Below, one piece after another: positions 57,401 to 64,000 of a stretch of 64,000 nt of DNA. This stretch comes from Candidatus Parcubacteria bacterium (GTDB lineage: Bacteria > Patescibacteriota > Patescibacteriia > Patescibacteriales > UBA12075), in NCBI GenBank assembly GCA_963814275.1, contig CAWFCE010000001.1, positions 3,307 to 67,306 on the forward strand. The letters run 5' to 3'. The notes under the pieces were generated by a model. That model was not told the DNA's origin. It searched no databases and saw nothing but the letters and a program-made list of their open reading frames with translations. The position numbers were made by a program, and so were the translations under genes. Each line of letters begins with the position of its first letter. Positions within the stretch are counted from its first letter, which is position 1.

Positions 57401-58401
57401 GGGCAATATCATTGGTGGGATCAGGTGAGTATTACATTGTGGACAATATTATACAAACCGAATCGATCGGTGACGGAAGTGTTGGGGGAGTATACATCAC
57501 AAATAATGATTTAGCGGCTATTGGCAATAATATCATTTACCAGGCGGGCATAGCTAACGCCAGCGGAATTAGCGTAAATACTATTTCATGCAATAATTTA
57601 ATTTATAATAATACAATAATTGGCGATCTTAACGCCGTTTACGCTTCACCTTCATTATGCACAGTATTGAAAAACAACATCAGTCAAAATAGCACTAACG
57701 GTTTTAACGGTACATTCGGTTCCGAATCTGATTATAATGTTTCCGACATCAGCGGCGACACGACAAATATTTCACCATCATACGAAGAAGGTAATGTCGT
57801 GTCGGTAAGTTTTGTTGATAGTGTAAACAAAGATTTCCACCTCTCATCCTCCGACACCGCCGCCCGTGATTCAGGTACAACCACGATCTACGATTTACGA
57901 TCTACGATTTACGATATCGACGGCACTGCCCGGGGCGGAGCATTCGACATCGGCGCGGACGAGGTGCCGGTCGAGTATGTTTCGACTATCTGCGAGAATA
58001 CGGCCGCGGGCGGAGACTGCGCTGATATGGATTATAGCGACCTGGCTGACTGGGAAGACGCGGTCGAGGCCGATATCGCTTCCAGCGCTACCCGTATTTT
58101 CTCCGGCTCCGGCGTCGGCGAATTGAGCGAGAATGACAGCGTCTCGCTCTACTGGGGCGGCGCAACCGATTCCGGCATTGCCGGCACCGTGGTCGCCACC
58201 ACCTCGGACCAGATCATGGTCGACTGGATAACCGGCACCACTTCGCCGGTAATCGCCCACGCCTCGGACACCTGGCGCAAGGACGCCTCGAACTACTGGA
58301 CCATTTCCGGCACCGGCGACGCCCTCGGCGCTTCGCCGATCGCGGTGGCCAAGATCGACGGGAGCTGGACAGCGAGTGATACGCAGTCGGTAAGGTTTTA
58401 A
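48370..58401 (+). CDS. Giant parallel beta-helix repeat protein, ORF B (continuation of ORF A after a frameshift near 48308)
   Basis: The ORF is 3343 aa. This frame already encodes the homologous IYRSVGPGSTGALQCGGG from ~48310. It holds eight beta-helix modules in the repeating order alpha (IYRSVGP..), beta (YFES../VEYVATVDPDD), gamma (VPVEY.STICE..GGDCA). Confidence 0.85.
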   Translation: MDISGSISNFQFPISDNIGVGDAIVYNASSSIMFISARASSTSYTVQKAAGDAPADVANDTGWCIFRAYTSLANAVDTDDGGTENTGIPGAVSDFDSWSGGRDLVSNNEQWNIACYGDAADTETVTIGGWITSEAKYLRIYTPFLSTEVGVSKRHSGVWDDTKYHLAPVDDSVTMFRIDNPYVTVDGLQLKNTTYDSAGRGVITPGAGAATITDNLISEANSIGSGPRYGIFLSYWADYESVIKNNIIYGFGSADSVCIHTDSGDNGMGYQTNYIYNNTLNDCYYGFENHYTYDAVIINNIVQNCGSDCYDTYTTDSSNNISSDDTAPGTNSQTNVTLNFDDAANNDYHLADNDRAAIDAGSSSLASVITYDIDGDYRFSGAGWDIGADESRGPVEYVATVDPDDAFGTDHTSLNAWEGVTDVNLTLASTQVFSYSTASGTLADNTSVIGQNSGATAVLMHMTASSTSAQALMKTVSGAFIPGEAVYEAGTDASSTYIVLANAGDEVIATAKCRSTGGSEDDHNVSINGWTTDADHYVKIWTDPDDPYGRHHGVWDDSKYRLGNSIMVGDILANEEDYTVIDGLQITGSGGDGSTIAINLSGNSSWASNNIVQSIYSGIRLDGDTGNRFVSGNIIYNTTVFGIVLYGWSNKYVYNNTIIDADEGIYHDSYEDATVNNNLVQSCNTDYESYNENWNGNSSNNISSDWTAPGNNSQTTTTVAFLNAANDDFHLSPSDTAARNAGTSSVFWDANAPVQYDIDGTARGWGIDIGVDEVPVEFESIICETTTSGGDCADRDYSHLDDWRFDLTYGSEGLDLTAMATRVFSGTITGELAGHDDVNLCNGSTDLGVDGTVAATTSDQILIKGITGTTTPIIAVSGYRWSYEACGSAANYWTISGTGDGLGASPIAVAKIDGSWSASDTQTFITYFDGDTDNYVKVYTAPAARHPGYWDYAKYRIAHTSTSCGSNVTTLNLYDDYIVIDGLQVYLDNAAECQYVNAVAVDYVYNPQSLITLSNNLIRNSKNGTAGDNGIGIFANGSFSSNVNIYNNVIYDFIFSASILDWESGETYIYNNTVYNCEIGIYGGNVLINNLVASSTTAWYGDFDIRSDYNATDNDETPSGGGIHNAANATFNFISAGDSIFRLAEDDSGARDQGFDITSSSTLNVIPGITTDIDGNTRPFNGVWDIGADEFMQSTIYRSVGPNKTTYLSRGNGSVGLTISGSTATFTSGRPNNVGVGDAIVYNSSNNIVFISGRTDSTHYTVQDADGTAPDTAASGDTGWYIYRAYTSLDDAESGIENTGIPSGLRNFDDWESGGTAASDDFGRDLVANNELWNIACYGDAEDADSVDFNGWTTSASNYLKVYTPDYSSEVGASQRHSGVWDSSKYVISETQEPTIDVNIDYIRIEGLQVKNDDPGGSTYGIRLSSGNGDAYISENIFNGYNNAGYGVFGAYEDGHTANVYSNIIFDWSNWGAFFYQETNLYNNTIINTGSGVYSNGGVEAVNNIVQQVDTGFVLNSGTWNSSGYNLSSDNTAPGSGSIQNTVLLFFDGQNNDYHLSPDDAAALDAGSASVSSVVATDIDGDPIHTYDIGADDGARYFESTVMESGGDFSGLAAWENANDGLGDIDLTATSTLVFNCASANGAVSAGTYMFGETSGASGTATVLSTVTNQILLYNIKASSTTGGYFQSGEKIYVQGASPASNYCITANAGNPAIAVAKIDGAWSDSDDAPVGIIGWTTGKYNYIKIYTTETARHQGKWDDNKYNLYAQPGGLYGLIEVSEDYVDIEGLQLGFGYFGSNKGEIYVKDTCHGVISINDNIFNAGYGYNIYGGDGISIYYLTDSDLTIIISNNIIYDFGGDDSSGIRAWGVSTKYIYNNTIYGCSTGIAGSNPAIAINNIVNGGGGYGGSFTGSSYNIADDDSAPGTNPKNSTSVSFVDSANGDFHLDPSDTAARDSGTSTAYSLLLTAYDIDGTARGGALDIGADEVPVEYISTICETPGSGGDCATDMDYSHLSDWEVALAPDGQNTSLASFTTRVFGGSITGTMDADDQVSLIYPNYGTTTVTGYVIATTSDQILIDGITGTTTPLVGVTGSQLWVTSGNYWTISGTGDDLGASPIAVAKIDGSWSASDTPTSMLYIENWITDNDNFIKIYTTDAARHNGVWDYTKYRLYCNDVGNGCIRIYADYIRLDGLQAKITRSGNNWGSLMQIYSDTKDSDLRISNNLMTADFSSLDHYGDAIGAGPSESHLEVWNNIAYDFFSSDGNSSFISLNGGGTAHIYNNTVYNCNYGIANYNQGVVASNNLIASTTDSFYDATGFSPYSANNATDDSDSASGLVNTYNNQTFGFIDADNGDFHLTLSDTGAKDKGIDLSSTSTLSFSDDIDGDIRPFNGTWDIGADEYALYTIYRSVGPGRTTPLQCGGGANSMDVSSGITNFQDTITNIVGVGDAIVYNASSSIMFISGRASSTQYSVQDAAGVTPDAVSDDTGWCIFRAYTSLARAENGITNTGIPGTVSFDSWSDGRDLVANKEQWNIACYADAVDTHAVDTSGWTTSAKNFLRFYTPVQPNEVGISQRHTGQPGTGYILRPTNHVGCQALITYGIDYLKIDGLEIDASNSDMSEGTGYSGAINTRCGYGMDGDLYISNNLIHGSIEHGIYLYYNETYNAYVYNNIVYDNNDVGIYCLAGSITQTVYVFNNTVLNNGDKGISQFNDPNSGSYIINNISINNNNNDFGNLSTYPTNHVLNNLSGDNTADDNGGVGNQINKTIYFFDKLNNDYHLSPEDTAALDAGTSSVSDIVTTDIDGAPIHTYDIGADDGSQYFVSSIKYQGVDAEFGTLSTWEDANDVDLTATTTLVFDIDATTGFIPFGASVYGTSSFAVASVTVVATTSNQILLYDIASSTFQDGEWVCLEGAPANCVRLADAGNPAIAVAKIDGAWAGADTNTFDINGWTTGKYNYIKLYTTDAARHQGKWDDDKYRLSITSSSGAIDVYSNYVRFEGLQIKYALSTAASRWAISLVGSGEYYIVDNIIQTESIGDGSVGGVYITNNDLAAIGNNIIYQAGIANASGISVNTISCNNLIYNNTIIGDLNAVYASPSLCTVLKNNISQNSTNGFNGTFGSESDYNVSDISGDTTNISPSYEEGNVVSVSFVDSVNKDFHLSSSDTAARDSGTTTIYDLRSTIYDIDGTARGGAFDIGADEVPVEYVSTICENTAAGGDCADMDYSDLADWEDAVEADIASSATRIFSGSGVGELSENDSVSLYWGGATDSGIAGTVVATTSDQIMVDWITGTTSPVIAHASDTWRKDASNYWTISGTGDALGASPIAVAKIDGSWTASDTQSVRF
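48386..48413 (+). repeat. Heptanucleotide tandem repeat (CAATTTC)x4, perfect, inside coding sequence
   Basis: Direct reading shows four perfect units. They encode SISNFQFPIS in the ORF B frame, at the homologous position of the next alpha module. Confidence 0.9.
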
Positions 58402-59036
58402 TTGATGACTGGAGTACGGATAATGATAATTATATTAAAATATATACGACCAGCCGCGGCCCGACACGATGGAGTGCATGGGATTATACAAATATCGACT
58501 GCGTATTTCTACATAAGCAGTAATAATGACATTAACGTCAGCTTGAGGAATAATGCCGGCTTCGGACGGATTACAAATTTCGAGCGGATCTGGTCTCCGG
58601 CGGCGCAATTACCCGAAATCGATAGATTTACCGCGTATCGATAATCGGTCGATTCCGACATCAGGATATCGAACAATATAATAAAGGCTGATTTTGAATG
58701 GTTGACCGGCGTGGTTATGGCTATGGCATTAATGCCGGCTAATTGGAGTGATGAACAGATTAATTTAAAGATTTGGAATAATGTATTTTATAACTATACG
58801 TGCAAATAGGCGGCAATTCGCGTATAATGAACTGTGGATCAAGGAAATGAATATAAAAATATATAACAATACTATATATAATTCCGAATCAGGCATCAAC
58901 GGATGAGCGGCGGTACTTCGATTTTCGCTACATAAATAATTTGATGGCATCGACGATACGAGCCTATAGCGCTTCTGGTACTTTGCGGCGCGTCCGGTAC
59001 AACCAACAATGCGACCGACATCGCTGACAATCCTAG
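58402..59036 (+). pseudogene. Decayed patch inside the beta-helix mega-gene
   Basis: The patch aligns to the intact counterpart at ~62030-62700 (..DNDNYIK.YTT..ARHDG.WDYT..) but carries multiple stops and frameshifts. Confidence 0.75.
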
Positions 59037-62000
59037 TGTCGGCACCAATTACCAAACCAGACTTTCAGTTTCATCGATGCGGATAACGGAGATTTCCATC
59101 TGACCTTATCCGATACCGGCGCCAAAGACAATGGCATTGACCTCTCGTCCACCTCCACTTTGTCCTTCAGCGACGACATCGACGGCGACACCCGCCCCTG
59201 GCCGGCCGGGGGAGCCTGGGACATCGGCGCTGACGAGTATTCGTTCGCGACGATCTACCGCTCGGTTGGGCCGAACAAAACCACCTATCTCTCCCGCGGC
59301 AACGGTTCGGTCGGATTGACCATCTCCGGCTCGACCGCCACTTTCACGAGCGGCCGGCCTGACAATATCGGGGTAGGGGACGCGATCGTCTATAACTCGA
59401 ACGCCAATATCGTCTTCATCTCCGGCCGGGCCTCTTCCACAGTCTACACCGTCCAGGACGCCGACGGCACCGCGCCGGACACGACCGCTTCGGGCGATAC
59501 CGGCTGGTATATCTACCGCGCCTATACCTCGCTTGATGCTGCCGAATCCGGGGAGGAAAACACCGGCATTCCGAGCGGTATCCGCAATTTCGACGATTGG
59601 GAGCCGGGCGGGACAGCGGCTAGCGACGATTATGGCCGCGACCTGGTCGCCAACAACGAACTGTGGAATATCGCCTGTTATGCCGACGCGGCGGATACGG
59701 TCCGTGTAATATTCGGCGGTTGGAATACCGGACCGGAGAATTATTTGCGGGTTTATACGCCGTATTTACCCGGTGAAGTGGGAGCCAGCCAGCGCCATAA
59801 CGGGGTTTGGGATGACGATAAATACAAACTGCAAACCAGCGGCGTTTCGTATTCGATCGATAATTCCGTAAAATATATCAGGATCGATGGTTTGCAAATT
59901 GAAACCACCCAGACAACCACGCTTGGTGTGCCTGCCCGGGCAATTTTAAACCGGGTGGACGGGATTATTTATATAAGCAATAATATCGTATTCGGTAATG
60001 TTGACGGCGCAGGATATTGGGAGGCTATTTCGATATTTAACGGTGATGAAACCGCCTATATTTGGAATAATATAATCTATAACTGGGGCACAGGCATATA
60101 TAGTTATGGCAGATCGTATGCATACAATAATACCATTATCAATTGCGAATACGGTATATCAGAAGATTATCCGGCAGTTGTAGCCGCGAATAACATCACC
60201 CAGGATTGCACGGGCGATGCTTTTGACGGAACTTTTTTGTCCGGCTCAGGCAATAATATTTCCGATGACGATACCGCGCCGGGTTCCAACTCAGCCATCA
60301 ATACGACGCTGAATTTCTTCGATCGCCAAAACAAGGATTTCCATCTCAGCCCGGATGATGCTGCAGCTCTGGACGCCGGTACTTCGTCGGTATCGGATAT
60401 CGTCACCACCGACATCGACGGTGCACCCATCCATACCTACGACATCGGCGCGGACGACGGGAGCCAGTATTTCGAATCGACCGTGATGGAATCAGGCGGT
60501 GATTTCTCGGGTCTGGCGGCCTGGGAGAACGCCAACGACGGCCTCGGCGATATCGACCTGACCGCGACTTCGACGCTGGTCTTCAACTGCGCGAGCGCTA
60601 ACGGCGCGGTCAGCGCCGGGACGTATATGTACGGCGAAACCAGCGGCGCCTCCGGCACGGCCACGGTCCTCTCCACCGTCACGAACCAGATCCTCCTCTA
60701 TAATATCAAAGCCAGCTCCACCACCGGCGGCTACTTCCAGTCCGGCGAGAAGATCTATGTCCAGGGCGCTTCCCCGGCCAGCAATTACTGCATTACCGCG
60801 AACGCCGGCAACCCGGCCATTGCCGTCGCCAAGATCGATGGGGCGTGGAGCGGAGCGGATAATAGCCGGCTCACGATCAACGGCTGGACTACCGGGGAAT
60901 ATAATTATATAAAAATCTATACGACCGATACTGCCCGGCATCAGGGAAAATGGGACGATAACAAATATCGTCTCAGCAGTACCAACCACCAAATCGTAAT
61001 TAACGCATCGTATGTCAAAATCGACGGTTTACAGATATATCTGCTCGATGACAGTACAGGATTTTACGTGGAGGGCGATAATTCCGGCACGGCCGACATC
61101 AGTAATAATATTATCCGAAGCAGTGACAATAATAACGGTACGGGTATCGGTCAAATTTATGAAAATAGTCTAAGCCTTAATGCTTATAATAACTTGATCT
61201 ACGACTGTAAAATAGGCATGAACCTGTATGCATCTGCCGATGTGTCCCGAATTTATAGTAATACTTTATATAATATCCATTCGAAAGGGATGTGGATTGA
61301 CAATACGATCGGTTACAGCGTTATGAATAATGTCGTAATAATGGAATCAGGAGATGCTTTCGATGGTTACAGCGGCGGCTGGGAGGCGGATGATGATTAC
61401 AACATTTCCAATGACGGTAGCGCGCCGGGCGTGCATTCGAAGACGGGCGCATCCGTTAGTTTTCTCGACTCCGCTAATAATGATTTTCATCTATCACCGA
61501 GCGACACCGCCGCCCGTGATTCAGGCACTTCTACTGCCTATAGCCTATTGCCTACAGCCTATGATATCGACGGCACTGCACGCGGCGAAGCATTCGATAT
61601 CGGCGCGGACGAGGTGCCGGTCGAATATGTATCGACTATCTGCGAGAATACGGCCGCGGGCGGGGACTGCGCTGATATGGATTATAGCGACCTGGCTGAC
61701 TGGGAAGACGCGGTCGAGGCCGATATCGCTTCCAGCGCCACCCGTATTTTCTCCGGCTCCGGCGTCGGCGAATTGAGCGAGAATGACAGCGTCTCGCTCT
61801 ACTGGGGCGGCGCAACCGATTCCGGCATTGCCGGCACCGTGGTCGCCACCACCTCGGACCAGATCATGGTCGACTGGATAGCCGGCACCACTTCGCCGGT
61901 AATCGCCCACGCCTCGGACACCTGGCGCAAGGACGCCTCGAACTACTGGACCATTACCGGCACCGGCGACGCCCTCGGCGCATCGCCGATCGCGGTCGCC

Positions 62001-64000
62001 AAGATCGACGGCGCCTGGAGCGCGAGCAGTACTTATTTGGATATCGACGGTTGGAGCACGGATAATGACAATTATATAAAGGTCTACACCACTGATACAG
62101 CCAGACACGATGGAAAATGGGATTACACGAAATTCCGGTTTTTGAGAGACTCCACCGATGGCTGGGCGGCAATCGATATTTCCGAGGAATATGTCTGGCT
62201 CGACGGTTTGCAGATCATGCGCGGGGCCGGCGCGGGCGGGCAAAATTACCCCCGGACAGTATGGACTTGGGTCGATAATCCGGATTCGGATATAAAATTA
62301 TCCAATAATATCTTTAGGGCTGATTTTGTCCTGCTAAGCGGTGCCGGCAGCGGATCCGGGATCGAAGCCGGGGACTTCAGCGACGAGCAAGTCAATCTCA
62401 AACTCTGGAATAATATTTTTTACGATTTCACCAGCCCGGGAGCTGCATACTCGAACGCGATCTATTTTAAATCCGGTTACGGCGAATTTTATAACAATAC
62501 TTTTTATAACAACGATTTCGTTATTACGGCCAGCGGACTGTCTTATGCGGTCGTGGTCAATAACCTGGCCGCCAATACTACTGCTTCTGTTTATACAGGG
62601 AGTTGCGACACCGGTTCCGGTTATAACGCGTCCGATAATACCGATACCTGCGGTACGAACAGCCGCACGAACCAGACTTTTAGTTTCGTGTCCACGACCG
62701 CCGGCGCCGAGGATTTCCATCTGGCCGCAAACGACGGCGGCGCCAAAGATTATGGCACAAGTACGCCCAGCAGTCTGTTCTCGACCGATATCGACGGCAA
62801 CAGCCGCCCCTGGCCGGCCGGGGGAGCCTGGGATATCGGCGCGGACGAGTATTCCTTCGCCACGATCTACCGTTCGGTCGGACCGGATAATACCACCTAT
62901 CTCTCCCGCGGCAACGGGTCGGTCGGATTGACCATCTCCGGCTCGACCGCCACCTTCACGAGCGGCCGGCCTGACAATATCGGGGTAGGGGACGCGATCG
63001 TCTATAACTCGAACGACAATATCGTCTTCATCTCCGGCCGGGCCTCTTCCACAGCCTACACCGTCCAGGACGCCGACGGCACCGCGCCGGACACGACCGC
63101 TTCGGGCGATACCGGCTGGTACATCTACCGCGCCTACACTTCGCTTTATAACGCGGAATACGGGATAGAGAATACCGGCATCCCTTCCGGTCTCCGGAAT
63201 TTCGACGACTGGGAACCGGGCGGGACCGCTGCGAGTGAGGATTACGGCCGCGACTTGGTGGCCAACAAAGAGAGCTGGAATATCGCTTGTTACGCGGACA
63301 CTGAATACAGCGGAGGCGGCGTGACGATCGATGATTGGACCACCGGCCCGAGCAATTATTTGAAGATCTATACGCCGTACCTGCCGACCGAGGTCGGCGA
63401 GAGCCAGCGCCATAACGGCGCCTGGGATACGAGCAGATACCGGCTTAAAGCCACGGCCAGCGGCAGCAGCTATACTTATACTTTAAAATTTTTGTACACC
63501 TATATCTGGGTTGATGGCCTGCAGATCGAAATCGCCGGTGAGACGACTAATGAAGAGCATGCCATTGTAGTTAATCCCGGTTCCAACGGCAACGCGAAAA
63601 TCAGCAATAATATCATCCGTAATACGACTACCGCAACGGGCTGGAATGCGGGTATTATCCTGAACTATACCGCAACGGTTTGGGATAATATTGTTTATGA
63701 TTTCGGAAATGAGGGTATCCTGGCCTGGGGCTGGGCTGGTTCTACCGGGTGGATATATAATAATACGGTAATTAACTGTAACATCGGGATCAGCCGCGAT
63801 AACAGCAATTTTAACGAAAATGTGCGCAATAACATTGTCCAGGGCTGTGACACTGGCTTCTATCATCACAGCGGTTGGAACAGTAATTCGTATAATAATT
63901 TGTCGGATGACGATACTGCGCCCGGTTCAAATTCAGTCATCAATACGACGCTGAATTTCTTCGACCGCCAAAACAAGGATTTCCATCTCAGCCCGGATGA
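59037..64000 (+). CDS. Giant parallel beta-helix repeat protein, ORF C (open to the window end, partial)
   Basis: In the segments I translated (59037-59260, 60120-60185, 62220-62340, 62865 and 63951 onward), the frame with codon starts divisible by 3 is open after the TAG at 59034-59036. It encodes FIDADNGDFHLTLSDTGAKD..WDIGADEYSFATIYRSVGPNKTTYLSRG.. It is absent from the ORF track, presumably because it lacks a stop inside the window. Confidence 0.8.

Larger units (their letters stand above)
48310..64000 (+). repeat. ~3.6-kb (about 1200-aa) super-repeat of three beta-helix modules, at least 4.3 copies
   Basis: The marker ATCTACCG(C/T)..GT.GG.CC (IYRSVGP) occurs at 48310, 51955, 55580, 59253 and 62865, with spacings of 3645, 3625, 3673 and 3612 bp. 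An extra alpha module starts at ~47078. Confidence 0.85.

Noticed and set aside
62334-63413. Long minus-strand ORFs: 62334-63413 (359 aa), 32277-33140, 50479-51246, 42613-43335, 14531-15238, 61545-62243 and many shorter ones.
   Set aside because: All are antisense to + strand ORFs that have clear domain homology. Their translations are Arg/Gly/Pro/Ala-rich and low-complexity, as expected from antisense reading of GC-rich coding DNA. None has a recognisable motif.

Overview
All credible genes in this 64-kb window are on the + strand, and it reads as an accessory surface-protein region. The style resembles an uncultivated CPR/Patescibacteria-like bacterium, but the taxon is only a guess.

Two families of very large secreted or surface proteins dominate.

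(1) Positions 428-41033 hold seven tandem loci (six full-length paralog equivalents). Each has an N-terminal membrane anchor, a DUF2341 domain and seven LamG (Laminin_G_3) modules. The linkers between modules and a fixed C-terminal tail (..WNYALTPEQVKxEYNGGAVKFGN*) are conserved almost to the nucleotide. The module cores are hypervariable and visibly more AT-rich. Only one copy (35736-41033) is fully intact. The others carry frameshifts, nonsense codons, a truncation or an insertion.

(2) Positions 43440 to beyond 64000 hold a mega-gene of more than 20.5 kb built from parallel beta-helix modules. These are organised as a ~3.6-kb super-repeat of three module types. The gene is currently split into three ORFs by one frameshift and one ~630-bp decayed patch.

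The gaps between the big genes hold small selfish-type genes. These are an IS200-like/RayT tyrosine transposase (one intact, one dead), a DUF559 endonuclease (one intact, one fragment) and two four-helix-bundle (23S-rRNA-IVS / Avd-like) proteins. The gaps also contain long AT-rich imperfect inverted repeats built from short repeated words, and tandem 223-bp units that each carry an orphan copy of the LamG gene tail.

I found no rRNA, tRNA, CRISPR array, reverse transcriptase or integrase.

The main hypothesis is a recombinational (cassette or gene-conversion type) surface-variation archive. Collapsed-repeat or indel assembly error is the main alternative explanation for the many broken reading frames.
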